NCBI GenBank assembly: GCA_046563655.1
Contig: CM102287.1
Span: forward strand, 6,634,001-6,698,000
Length of the DNA: 64,000 nucleotides
Source: Yuukianura sp. NJ FZ-2021
Lineage: Eukaryota
Direction of reading: 5' to 3'
This document shows, piece by piece, positions 24,113 to 37,109 of the stretch. The notes under the pieces were generated by a model, which saw nothing but the letters and a program-made list of their open reading frames with translations, did no database searches and was not told the origin of the DNA. Positions within the stretch are counted from its first letter, which is position 1. Every line of letters starts with the position of its first letter. The translations under genes and the position numbers were made by a program.

Positions 24113-27100
24113 ATGCGTATACTACAGTTGTTGATAGCAGTCGTGTTCACTTTCACACTGACTCTGTGTAATGCTGAACATCCGGAGGACAGCAATTTTA
24201 TCTCAGACGGAGAAGACAGGAGGTCGCTGGAATCAGACATCTTAGATTCTTACTTCGACGAAAACCGAGAAAATGAAAACGCCCAGCCATTGTGGGAGGT
24301 TGAAAAAGAACCGGAAATTGAGGAAGTAATAGAACCCGTTATAGTAGCGAAGAAAGCTCCTTGTCTAGGCTGTCCGAACCCTATTGATATTCAAGATGAA
24401 AAGATCCAGAACCTCGCATTATTTGCATTCGGCGACTATATGGCTGACGCGGATAAAATGAGTTCTGATAATGACTTGATCGAAACATTGGTTCGTGTCC
24501 TTAAGGCTGAAAGCCAGGTACTCAAAAAAACTAATTTCTAAAGGAAATTCTTCAAAAAAAATATCGCTTTCTACTGGTTTGATTTGGTTTGATCTCAGAT
24601 TGTCTCTGGAGTGAAATACTTGCTTCAAGTAGAACTTGGATGGTCGAACTGCACTAGATCACAGTATCGGGACAACTCAAACACTTGCTCACTGGACGCC
24701 AGCAAACCTACGTTTAACTGCGACTTTCATGTGGTTGAGAAGGCCTGGCAGAACTCCAAAGAAGTGGTGCACAAAGACTGCGAAAAAGATGCTACTGTCA
24801 ACACCGGAAACGCCCTACCAACTGTCGAAGCAGAGCAAGTCCCAGCAATGGACAGTATAAGTCCACTCGACGCAATTGAGGAAGAAATAGAACGACGCAA
24901 GAAGCGTGAAGCCAAATATGGAGAACCCCGGGAAGCTGCCGAGGAGAAGGAGAAATTGATGGAAATTGCTCAATTTGCAGTCGACAAACTTGATGAAGTG
25001 GATGAAGACAATTTGGCACGCTTCGCCGTGGATATACTAAATGCAAATAAGCAGGTACTTCAAAAATGGTAAAATCACTAGTTCTTTTCACGGCATTTGT
25101 TTATTAAGAATGTTGTTTCCTTCTCCTAGACGGTTTCTGGATGGTTGTATCATCTCAAAATTCGAGTAGCACAATCATCTTGTCTTGAGCACTCTGCAGA
25201 CTCCACTCTACAAAATTGCAAAGAAAACATTACGTTGCCATTCCAGCGCTGCGAAGTAAAGGTTTTGGTACAGCCTTGGCAGACCGTTCAACAGAAACTG
25301 GTGCATTCTCAGTGTGTTAAAGAAAAATACAAAACAAGTAAGAAAGCAGCGAAGGAACTTTTCAACGTTGTTGAGAAGAAAGCGAAGAGAGCACAGGGCA
25401 CGATTGGCGGCCCACGAGTAATTGATCCTGAATCGGAAGATATTGCTGACATTGTCAACTTCGCCGTGGAGTCTATGGATAAAATATCGAATGCTTTGCA
25501 TGCACACAAGCTAGTACGTGTCGTTTACGCCGAAAGAAAGGTAAGTCGAAAGTCTTATTCCGTTTACTTTATTTTTGTTTGCGAACGTTTTATGACAAAT
25601 TGTGATTCATTAAAATCCTTAACTGCCTTTAATAGCTGGTGTCTGGGGTTTCGACCAAGCTTGTCCTTGAACTTGGTTACACCAAATGCCGTAAGAGTCC
25701 AAACCTCGACAGATCTGGTTGCTCCATCGATGATGACAGGGTACTCTTCACTTATTTTATTTTAAAGCACTAATGATACACAGAACAGTATTGTTGAAAG
25801 AATTGATGTTCTACTTCGATACAGGATCACGTGTACTGCAACGTAACAATTGTGGAAAAGTCGTGGCGGAGCGAGAAAAAGCTGTTATCTTCAAAATGTG
25901 GGAATCGGAACGAAATCATCGCGCTGATGAGAACTAAACGAGTAAAATCTCTAAAGTCTAAACCCGAGGCTCAAATTGTATCATCATCTTTCAAATTAAT
26001 TACTCATCCATTTTTAATAGGAAACTGTCGATGAAATGGATCTGGACGAAATCGAATTTGGTAGATTTATTGAAACTCATGGGAAAAACTACAGCCCCGA
26101 AGAATACGAGACTCGATTGAAGATTTTCAAAGACAATATCGAGAAAGTGAAACTATTTCAGAGGACAGAGCAGGGAACGGGTATTTACGGACCAACAAAA
26201 TTCGCTGACTTAACAGGTACAAGACTTGAATTTGCTGCGAATTTGATAATTTGAAATTTTAACTGCGGTGTTCGATGTTTATCTTGTGTTAAAAAAAGGT
26301 CATGCAATTGATTTTTGTTCTGAATTCAGAGGAGGAGTTCACAGCGCAATATCTAGGCCTCAGAATTGATTTAAAGCAACGTATGAAACGGAAGCAAGCA
26401 AAAATTCCACAAATCTTGAGCTTACCAGATGCTTTCGATTGGCGAAATTACTCTGCCGTTACGCCGGTCAAGAACCAAGGAATGTGCGGATCTTGCTGGG
26501 CATTTTCAGTTACTGGAAATATCGAAGGGATTTATTCCATCAGACATGGAAAGCTGATGTCATTTTCAGAACAAGGTATATTGAATCGAAATTGATAGTA
26601 ACTCAATTTTGGAAATGTATTCAACTTTCTAACTTTCTTTTGAAATCGTTTTAGAACTCGTTGACTGTGACAAACTGGATGATGGCTGCAAGGGAGGTCT
26701 TCCCGAAAATGCGTACAAAGCTCTGGAGAAACTTGGCGGACTGGAAACTGAAGGGGACTACCCTTACGATGGGCATGATGACAAATGTCAGTTCAATCCC
26801 AGGAAGGTCGCAGCCAAGGTTACGGGATTCGTGGAAATCAGTAAGAATGAGACCGAGATGGCAGCTTGGCTTGTAAAGAACGGTCCCATTTCTATTGGTA
26901 TAAATGCAAATGTGATGCAGGTAAAGGACAACGTTTTATGAAATACTACATTAACAATTATTTGTGAATTCAATTATTTCATTTTTGCTATTTTTTCTCA
27001 AGTTTTATTTTGGTGGAGTTTCACATCCCTGGAAGTTCCTGTGCAGTCCAAAGAATTTGGATCATGGAGTGCTAATTGTTGGCTACGGAGTGCACGGTAT

Positions 27101-27973
27101 GTTTATATGAACGAGACATGATGGCATTTTGCGTTCCATAAATGCTTTACCTTCCTTATGTACTACAACAAAAAAGCCCCCGCATTCGCAAGTTGTAGTT
27201 TACCAATTAATTTCCTTACCGCTTCCTCACTTTCATTTATAAACTTGCAGTGAAGGGGCATAAGACCGTTCCTTACTGGATTGTTAAAAATAGCTGGGGA
27301 CCAAGTTGGGGTGAAAAGGTCAGTGACAGAAATATTAATTCATATTTAATATAAATTTCAGCATATCCAATGTTCAATACTACTTTGCCATACTGGGTGA
27401 TCAAGAATAGTTGGGGAGTAGGGTGGGGTGAACAGGTAAATCAACTGTCGCTGTTTGGATCCGAGCGTCGTATTTTGTCGAGTTTGCGGTGGAGTTAGCT
27501 CTTTCTGAAACGTCTTATAGGGGTAGTGTGTGCGGAAAAATGTCGAAAATGGTTATATTTTTGCATTACCAATAGAGAGGGGCCCTTGCACTAATTTTGA
27601 AAAAAAGATCACCTCTAGGGCTCGTTGAACCCGGATCTTTTCGCAAAGTAACTCCACTTTCGCAGGGTCACCGATAAAGCTGAGGGTTTTGCGCAAATTT
27701 TTTTTATGTTACTTCCGAATCGGAAGTAACATAAAAAATTTTTTTTTTAAAAACAACAACATAAAATCGGAAGTTCCGATTTTATGTTGTTGTTTTTTTT
27801 TTGACGATTTGAAAGTATGCACACATTTCAGGAAGAGTTTATACTCATTGTTAAAATCTGCCTTAAATTTGAGTTGTAACAATTATGTTGTTTGACAGGG
27901 CTATTATCGCATATATCGAGGGGATGGTAGCTGCGGTGTGAATCAAATGGCAACTTCTGCGACGACGGAATAG
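24113..27973 (+). CDS. CTSF: Multicystatin pro-cathepsin F (CG12163-like): signal peptide, 3 cystatin domains, I29 propeptide, papain C1A domain
   Basis: Cystatin motifs QIVSG, QTVSG, KLVSG. ERFNIN-like [16 protein letters not shown] and GPTKFAD. Mature domain [19 protein letters not shown] (Cys), [11 protein letters not shown] (His), KNSWG (Asn), [15 protein letters not shown]. Confidence 0.95.
27251..27318 (+). other. Cathepsin F alternative exon A (catalytic Asn)
   Basis: ttgcag|...|gtcagt, 68 nt, phase 1 to 0, encodes [23 protein letters not shown]. Confidence 0.85.
27362..27435 (+). other. Cathepsin F alternative exon B (catalytic Asn)
   Basis: tttcag|...|gtaaat, 74 nt, phase 1 to 0, encodes [25 protein letters not shown]. 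Confidence 0.88.
27700..27797. repeat. Two adjacent perfect inverted repeats in the last cathepsin F intron
   Basis: 27700-27738 has 19-bp arms around position 27719, and 27749-27797 has 24-bp arms around 27773. Both are built from ttccga/tcggaa and aacataaaa. Confidence 0.9.
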
Positions 27974-28463
27974 TGCTCCCTTTACAAGGTAGAAAATTTC
28001 GAGAATTACTACATACCTACGAACAATTGATCGATCAAAGCGATATACGAAGTCACATAAACTTCACAAAATCTGTTCTTAATCGGATTATTTAGTAATT
28101 ACAATTAGTATGATGGAACTAAATCACTTCTCATCATAACGTTATTAAAAAATATGCAAGTGCATATAGATATGAGCGAAATTTTTTTTTCCATGACTTG
28201 AGTTAACCAATCATCAGACAGACATTTCTTCGTTTATATTGGATGTTTCTAGTGATTCAACCTAACCTAGTGATTCACTTGCTTATAATCTTGAGGTAAT
28301 GCAAATAAAATTCTTGTATTGAAGTATTTTTTTACTCTTGTATTTTTAATGGATTCACCCGACTTTTGTTATTTGGTTCACCATTTTTCAAGGTGTGTAA
28401 TGCTTTGTTTCTAAAATTTTATCATAAGTTCACATTGGACGGGGCACTGGACTGGCTTCGCGT

Positions 28464-30828
28464 TCAACTCAATTTTTTTACTCTGCCGGACCAAACTGGA
28501 AAGTTGCAAACTTTTTTAAATATTTCGAGAACAAAAACAGCAATGGAGACTGCCGAAGAAAACAAATAAATCATGAATGTCGTTACAGCTTTTGTTTCCA
28601 GACTCAGCGGCACTGGACTATTGGGATCCGAATGAACACGATTCAAACTTCGGATTTTCCTTCTCCAGAAGGCATCTTCTTTTATCACTGTTTTCCATTG
28701 TCTCCACCAATTGTAAATCCCTGATGCCAGGAGTCGGCGCATTTTCTTGTACAAAGCGTTGCCTGCTAGATGGGTAAAGACATAGCGTTCATGTGATGGA
28801 AAATGGCAATCCTTACCCTTCTTTGCCACAATTGAACCGTTAGTCCAAACCCACAAGTACTCAGCGATCCTGTCCAGGTTGCGATTGGTGTCGATGTAGC
28901 CGTTCCTATTTTAGGTTACGCTAGGTTACTAACTTGGACAAATTCAAATACAAAATATACAATTACTAGAGACCTAAACCTCACCTACGGCAAGTCGCCA
29001 GGTCGGCAACTAACTGATCATGGTCCAACGGTTGCCCGGCGGGGCTCACGAGGAAGTTGTATTTGTATCTAGGTAGGAACGGAAAAAGGCTGTATGCCCT
29101 TTGACTTCGTTGCTCATCGAAAAATGCAGAGTCACGCTCAGACCGATGCTGCAAAAAATCAGTGTTCGCGACCCAGTACCCCTCCGGGCATGACTCGCGC
29201 GGCGCAGGTTTCACGAATCCATGCGTACTGTTTCCTTTGCAAATGTTTGTATCAAATATTTGGTTGTACTCGCCAAACGTTAGAGATTCTTTTTGATTAA
29301 CTCCGAACTGGGGGTACAAATAAGACTGAATTCTGGAATAGAGGAATCTTTGCGGAGTGATGAAATAGAATGACGCCATCTCCGTGGTATTGTACCATGT
29401 TCCGTATTTTTCGAAAGGAGCTGTGGAGTATGTCGTAATCAAGCCCAGATAGGCGTTCGTCAAAACGACGCCTAAGAGAGACCAGAGGCCGAGGGTTAGG
29501 CGCACTAGCCGGGTCATACCTGGCAGTAACCGAGTAATGTTAATGGCGTCTTGATTCATACCAATTCCTATCAATGTTGTTGACACTGCTTCTGCTGACC
29601 TGTAGAAGATGTAGTGAATACTTGAAAGATTAATTTGCGACGGAATCTGAGCTAACGTTGGCGCCAAATTTGGAAGGGAGCTTTCAAAAATGTAAATGAA
29701 AACGTTAAAAATGGAAATGGCTAGGATGGTTCCTAGAGTGGCGTACCAGCACCACATGTCGTAAGGGAAACTGTAAAAAGTAAAACTCAAATTTTCGTCT
29801 ATGATGGTATCGCAGGTCAAAAAATTAAAATTCAATTCGCGCATGACGACAACCGAAAACTCGTTGTCAGGAACCGGAACTTCTTGCCGAACTCGAAGCC
29901 ATGCTTTAAGTGCGCCGTCGTAAGTCACGAGACCGTTAAGGTTGTAGACGCCCCTGTGATAATAGTATCCCAGGTCTTCAATGAGAAGATACATCAAACA
30001 AACTTCCAGGGAGTGCGCGGTAGAAGAGTTCAACGGGCTCCTGAATTTGTATGCATGATGTCGACTGATCAAATGGTAATCGCTAAAGAATCGTTCCATG
30101 ACAGTCTTGTTCTCGATGGGTGGGCGACATGGTAAATTTCGGCTAATATCAACAAATATGACCCCGAATTTTGTGGGGTCATTTATTGATAGGTGAACGA
30201 TCTTACGAAAATTTCTTAAACTCTGATTTTGGATTGACTCAATCAACAGGATCACTTTCTTTTCGGACGCTGTCGAAATACAATGTGTACCGAATTTAAG
30301 CAAAGAGGTTTTCATCGTAGTATGACCTTGACGGCTTTCAAGGTTAAAGAAAGTCAAATGTAAAAAAAAGTAGTGAGGGCCAAATACTTCGCGATAGTTG
30401 AAGGAAGGGAACTTGTGGGTCAAGTTCACGTTGTTGGAAATTAGGAAATAGTAATCATGTTGATCTCTCCATTTCTGACAAGGTAAATTTCCTAAGCACT
30501 TTCTGACGCTGAAGGTCGGTGGCTCAAATATGTATTGCATGATCTTTGTCGTTTCCGGAAAGAAAGCAAATGAAGCCTCACATGGGAAGATATGCTCACG
30601 TGCGTTAATTTTTCTCGACAGATGAATCACGGGATGTGCCGAGAAGTTGTCCATAAGAAAGGAATGTGTATTCGGCACAAAGACTATTATGTAACATTCT
30701 TTGAACGCTCTAACCCATGACCTCAAGTCAGTACGTAGGCTTAGCGCGTCTCTGTACGATATTATATCGGCCAAAGTTGTTTGTGTAGCTAGCAGAATAA
30801 TATAAATTGAAAATGTTTTGTATAACAT
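28464..30828 (-). CDS. Divergent ionotropic-receptor (IR)-like chemosensory membrane protein; exons 30828-28985 and 28905-28464
   Basis: Signal peptide, NFLTC...LSFTFYSFPYDMWCW plus TM1, LTLGLWSLLGVVLTNAYLGLITTYSTAP (TM2-like), MRRLLASGIYNWW, and PLSL...F plus last TM. The 78-nt intron keeps frame. Confidence 0.75.
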
Positions 30829-31531
30829 TTCGAAGTGTCAAAATAACTACGATGTTCACGCGCAAAAGATCACGGGCGATAGAACTCGAGCGTTTGACTC
30901 CATAGTGGATTCTAGACGCAGGGAAAAGCGCATAACCTCAAATGAGAAAAAGTCAACGGCCAAGTTTGACGATTAATAACCAAAACAAACAAAGTTTGTT
31001 TGCTTAGCCTATTTCATAACTTTTTCCTAAATAAGTTTTTCCCTGCAGAGAATTCCCAGTTCACTGGTACGTTGGTTTGGCACGATGGCAATTTTCTTTT
31101 GAATTTCAAAATTTTGAGCGATGAAAGCAGACAATTTTAGGTTAGCTTTGTTTAAACTAATATTTACCGTAACGAACAGATAAATATTTTATTCTTCGTG
31201 TTGTATGCCAAATAGTAACGAGAAATCTTAGAAATTTACGGCAATTCAATAAAAATTGAGGCGTCCTTTGTGGTAATTTGGAAAAAAAAACATTTTATTT
31301 AAATGTAAATTAAATAATTCCCGACAGGAGTCCTTCGCCCATTATTAGAGAAATAATGGTATGGTAAAAAAAAATTAGCCACGGGAACAGTTAGCTTTTA
31401 ACCAAAAGTATATTATGTCATGTTGTATTGTATGAATGGACCAGTAATTGTATGAAATTGAATTGTATGAATAAGCAGCAATAATGATTTACAATTTAGA
31501 GGATCGAATTTCCGTTAGTCATTTAATTTAC

Positions 31532-32362
31532 CTAAGATTGCGAAGAATCTGACGACATGCCGGCATCTTCACATGGTTTTTCAAATTTTCGGGTAAGGTT
31601 TGTCCATTGAAGGGATACGTTAAACGCGCTGACTGTCTCTTCAACTAATTTCTTTGGCTTTTTTCTACCGTGCGATTGTTGACCTCTTTCGTTGTGATAA
31701 CTTCGTTGATGTCTGTACCTAACAAAATGAGTAGTAAAAGTAGTAGTAAAGATGTTTCATTAAAATTTTCTATCCTTTCATTATAATTTATATTGATAGT
31801 AATTTGTTTTAATTGACATACCTGGCTGCGGATGTCGTATAAAATTTTGGACAGTGGTTACAAGGATATAACCCAGCTTGATTTGGCTTTGAGTGTGCCG
31901 TTTTTGGTCCTGGCTTTTTCATTACCTTTGACACTGCCGTAGTTCCTGAAATAGTGAATGGTGGCGGGTATTTCAAAGGCAATACGAATGATTCGACTCC
32001 ACCTAGATACAATTGCAAAAATAGAAAAGATACAACTTTACTGTAGCACTTATTTCATCATTGAGGAAAGTGAAACGAGAGAAGCTTTAATACTAAAATG
32101 TACCAATCACCTAGCGTTGTTTGGTTTATGCCTTCTTGGAGAAGTGAGAAAGTTGTGTAAGAAGGTGAGAAACCCAATGCCCCGTTTGCGCTTCCGTAAT
32201 TAATTACAATAAAAAACACAACATTTTTATTTTATGCTGAATTACTAGAGACCTTGCGAAATCGTATTCTGACTCTGACTCTAGAAACTTATTTGGCTTG
32301 TAGGTGACGGAGCTAGAATCTGTTTCACAATTATGTACTTTTGTCGGGGTTTGAAAATCCAT
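31532..32362 (-). CDS. Small protein with a single C2H2 zinc finger; about 4 exons
   Basis: YPCNHCPKFYTTSAAR|YRHQRSYH is assembled across a phase-2 GT-AG intron, and the last exon is open to TAG at 31532. Confidence 0.7.
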
Positions 32363-32780
32363 CTCTGGAACGGATTCTGACTGTGGGTAGAATATTTCAA
32401 AGCAGGGAACGCATAAAAGTTGAACTTTGAGTCGGGCTCTCAATTTCAATCTTGAAACGTAGTTTTCGCATTATCACTATCGAAATTAACTAACTTAACG
32501 TTGAACTTAACCATGTTAAGTTACGTGTTTTTCCTTCTTTTAGCTCAATGAGAAAAAACACGTGTCAGTGGAATAGTCAGACCCTAGTTTTTCTTGTTAA
32601 CCAAATGACCATACGGTACTGGGATGTTTTTTTGTCAGATCACACGGTTTTTTTTGTTGTTCCCAGGCTTATTAGCACGGGCAACTTCCTTTGATTTTGC
32701 GACTTCTTCAACGTTTCCCTTTCTGTTGCCATGAACGAACCTAACGACGCTGAATAGGATTTAATTTAAGAACTAAAACT

Positions 32781-33581
32781 ATGGCAGAGGACTCAACAGA
32801 AGCAGAGGGTTCGGTAGTTGTCGAAGTACACGAACGAAATCGTGAGCGTGATAGCGCAGGAGAAATGTCAGCGGAAGCCATACGTAAAGCTCGACGGGAT
32901 AAAATACTGCAGAATCGTGAAGAACGTCTTCAGAAAATCCTTGGACCTAGTAAGTATATTAAAATTGTAAGTATAGTAGTTCTAGATCCGTTGCATCACA
33001 ATCAGCAAAGTATCAATGAAAGTATAACTATATAATAGTAGTTTCGAACATAGTGATTCCGTACTCAATACTGAATGCCGTCTTGTTTCTTAATAGATAG
33101 TGATGCTGCAGCTCATCGAATCGTCGCTTCGACACATCCCGTTGACGATGATGATCCGGTACTTCCGGAGGAATTTCTCACTCTGGATTTCCTACAGAAA
33201 GCAAAAGCTCAGAAATTAAATCAGTTTGGTAATCAGCAAGGTCAGTTCAAGGCATCTACGACTGCAATTCCTCGTTGGAAGAACTATCGCATCTACTTGA
33301 TGTTATTGGGATCACTACTTCCGTTTTTCTGTAACAGTAACTTTATCATTTATTTTCTACTTTTCGAAATGCTAGTTTTGGCCACATATCGCAGAATTCC
33401 GGTTCCACCGTCTCCAGCCAACATGTTATTTACCCTGATTCTGTTAATGGGTCTAAAAGAACCAGATGTAAACCGCCTCAAAGTTTTCTTTAGAGTTACA
33501 ATTTGGATTTCAAAAGATATTTGTCTCTTTATGGTCTCAAGTATCCTTCCCCAAGCAGCATTTCATCTGTTATATTCATAA
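32781..33581 (+). CDS. CAMLG: CAML/GET2-like subunit of the ER tail-anchored protein insertase; 2 exons
   Basis: N-terminal AEAIRKARRDKILQNREERLQKILG (basic Get2/CAML motif) and C-terminal hydrophobic segments ending KDICLFMVSSIL. Confidence 0.72.
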
Positions 33582-33878
33582 ATGGCTGTCAGAGAGGTAT
33601 TTTTTTTTTATTTAATTGGTGGTTTACGTCTGGTGATTCTCGCGGCTTTAAAATTTATGATTTTACTGTTTTCAAGCAATGTTTCCAAAATACAGAATAA
33701 AAAGAGAAAGGTGTTGTTCTCTTTAGCCATTGAAAAACAATTAAATTAACTTTTTTTTTGTTGGAAAACTAAATAATTATTGTAATGACATTACGTAAGC
33801 GACATTTTTTGAATTCTTTGTTTTATACACAGCGTATACAGTTATTCTTAAATTGTTTCACCGAAGAAACGGTTCGTT

Positions 33879-34279
33879 TTAGGACAAGTGTAGTCTGGAC
33901 TCGAGGTGAAATTCTGGATACACTTCCATCTTGCCCATTGCACCCAAATCTGCCGTGACGTTCCCAACGGCGGATCCCACAATGTATATTTCGGGATACG
34001 TGATGACCTTGCTAAAGAACAGCATTCCAAGGAACAGAATTGTCGTGAACAGAGTCATCACGATAACACCGACAACAGATCCTAGGAAAATCACACGACG
34101 AAGTTCTGCTCTTGTCATTTTGGTTGGATTTGTGAACATTGTCACTTTTGATGGATAAACTTGCTTTTCTGAAAATTAATCAAATCATTTAGTTGTTTTT
34201 TTCAGTTTGCACAGTACTATGGCTTACCTTTGTCGTCCATGATTGAAATTGGGATGTCGATCTCACTGATTCTGCTCAT
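33879..34279 (-). CDS. Small single-pass membrane protein of unknown function; 2 exons
   Basis: MSRISEIDIPISIMDDK|EKQVYPSK...RRVIFLGSVVGVIVMTLFTTILFLGMLFFSK...*. GTAAGC donor and ttcag acceptor join in phase 1. Confidence 0.65.
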
Positions 34280-34862
34280 CCCTGGTACTAACAGCTTAAG
34301 CTTAGGTAAGGGAATGGTTTTAAATTGTTGAAATGTCAAGTTATGAGGAAGCTGTACAACAATAGTCAATTAAAATTAAATCTTTTGTTTTTCAGCTGAA
34401 ATAGGATGGATAAAGTTTCATTAAAAACTGGACAATGGACCGGGAAAAGCACGGAATGGAATCATGCGATTTTGATGTAAACTGGAATAAGCAACGTCGG
34501 TCAATAATAGGAAGAGAGCTTCCTCGACCTGAGCGGATGACAAACACAGTGGTTTCGGAGAATTCACTTCCGGTCAGGTAAAGTATAATTTTCGAAATTG
34601 TTATAATTGCCTATTACCTGCAAATATTCATATTCCAGTTACAGGGGTTTTAACTTCACATTTAATTTTAATTCTATTACATATGCATACATATAATAAT
34701 TTATTTGAATTTTCAGAAACGGGGTAAAGAATCTCGACTGGTCATTTATGTGCGAGTCAATTCGAATGAAGGTAAAGGTCATATTAATACTTTCATTAGG
34801 CCTAACTGTCATAATTGTTAAGTTTTGATTTCTTAAGTTAGCATTCTTATGCCACTAGACTT

Positions 34863-36787
34863 TCAATCCGGTCGGGAGCATCCCTTTGCAGCAAGGCGTT
34901 CTTGTACTTCTTTGCTCAGTTGATCCGGTACGAAAAGACTTCCTGGATAATTTAGTGCACCCTCAAAACCCAAGGCATACAGAGCAGGCTTGACGTAGTT
35001 ATCGGCCAATTCCGGGTGACTTTGCATTATTTCGCGTAATAGCAAGTCTCCTCCGGCTTCCAAGATATTTAACTGCCCAACATGTCCACCCAGACTGGCG
35101 ACATTACCGAGAATGACACAGCATGAACGCTAAAAGAATCCAAGAAATAGCAGAAATGAAACTGAAATCGAAATGTGACATTAGGCAATGATTTACCAAA
35201 ATTTCAGATGCTTGACTGTGAAGTTTCATAATTTCCAAAGTGGTAGGGACGCCTTGTTCACTCAAGAATTGAGCGCAACAGCAAGGAGAGCGTAAGGTTA
35301 AGTATGACAAGCAGGACATCGCAATTTCAGTTTCTTCGACATTTTCCTATAAATCAAATGTTCAAGTAGCAAAAATAATAAAACTCGGATATTGTAGGAC
35401 ATGGTTAGAATTGCTGTTGTTTGTATCAAGTTGTGTAATTTTCATACTTTCATTCGATTCGCGACGCCCAAGACGTATTTCACCAAGTAACTGCTTCCAA
35501 CGGTGTCACGCACAGAGTCGCAAACGCAAATGTATCGGAGACATTTAATTGTGCTCATGACTAGTCGCTGAAGAAAGTAAAAATTTCAACCCAGCGTACT
35601 TTTTTTGGTAAAGTGTATTTCAAAATCAATTCGAATATATTTTTACGTCATTTTCAGGATATTTTTCCAGAATCTGTTCCAGAGCTTCCATGGTCCCTGC
35701 TGCATGGATTGCAACACAGTAGGGTTCATGCGTCGCCATCATCGTGATTGCCGTAACGAGTGAGTTCAGAATTTCTTCATCTTGAAATTCTAAACCAAAT
35801 CACAATTAACTTGTAATTTTTGAGGTTTATTTTATTTTGTACGTTTTTACTAATTAAAAAGGCTGCCAGATAATAGATGCCATCCAATTTGAAAATCATT
35901 TGTTGACGTTCTGCCGATCGATTGTAAGCAATTCGTTTGTCATCGTTGAGAGTAAACGCCGTCAGAGCACCACACCACTACAAAGTCAAGCATTTTTAGT
36001 AACGAAAATTTAAAAGATCGAAAACGAAAAAAGCAACACACAAGCGCGGGCAGAATGGAAGTGTCAACTGACCTGACGTATAAAATCTGGCGACGGGTCA
36101 TCAACCTTGACAGTCTCAACGAACCGTGGGATAATTTTCCATTCTGTAGTCAATGTCTCTCGATTTGCTTCAGATTGGATGCAAATGTTACGCATGACCT
36201 TTAGAGCCAAAATTTTGGTCGTCTCCGGAACATTTCCACTGCGGGAGTCAAATCCATCTTAACACATGGTTATTGGAAAACGGAATTTCAAGATCAATGG
36301 AATTACGTACTCAAATGCTTGAAATATAATTTTGAAGGCCGTTCTGTCAACAATTTCAGGGTTACCAGGAGTTAGGGCACCCAATACCAGCAAGACAGCT
36401 TCGCGTACAAGGAAAGCCTCTTCCCTGAAATTCATAGGAATTTTTCTAATCACCACAATACTCTGTTTAATTTGTAAAAATTCTATGATCTAACGTGAGA
36501 ATTTTGATATTGTCTTCTCCAGTGTCACAAAAGAGATTCCACGCCGCAACTGCAATTTGATACCCATTTTTGTCGATCGCCTCCTGCCGAGCCATAGGTC
36601 CAATGTCTTCAATAACTTTCACTAAATTCTCCATCTTGTCTTTTAGTTGGTTGCAATCGGGAAGTAATTTACCATCAAGCATTGTCTTCAGATCGAAAAA
36701 GAAAAACAAAAAGTTTAAGCATCTAAGTTAAAATTATCAGGATATGGAATTCCTAACCTTCAACTCTGCAAGTATGCCAGTCGCCAT
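34863..36787 (-). CDS. ARMC6: Armadillo-repeat protein, ARMC6-like; about 9 exons
   Basis: LKVMRNICIQSEANR, CGALTAFTLNDDKRIAYNRSAERQQMI, CLSYLTLRSP and AGGDLLLREIMQSHPELADNYVKPALYALG parallel remembered ARMC6 motifs (TLDDD.RV.FG.AH, AKAALRDLG). Confidence 0.7.
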
Positions 36788-37109
36788 TTCTCCCGAAAAA
36801 ATTTGGAGGCCTTTGATTAGGCTAAGGACTTTTATTAATTAAAACTGAAGCTTTATGAACGCTTTATTTTTCGAAACATCAACGCACGCGCTTATGAAAT
36901 AAGTTGCGGCTCAAACTGTCATCAGTGGATGTTTGTTTGCAAAAAGTTTCCACCAAAACGTCGCTGGAACGACATCACATCGATATTTATTCATTTCCAA
37001 CAAAATGAATTTCTTATTTAGTAAAGTTGATCTTGAATTTGACATTTTGAAAAAATGAAAAATCACCAAATCAAGCATCAACAAATTGAGCTAAAATGTA
37101 CTAATCCAA

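Noticed and set aside
27517..27830. Possible TIR pair delimiting a MITE around the twin palindromes
   Set aside because: End similarity is limited to gtgtgc/gcacac and no target-site duplication was seen, so no boundaries were called.
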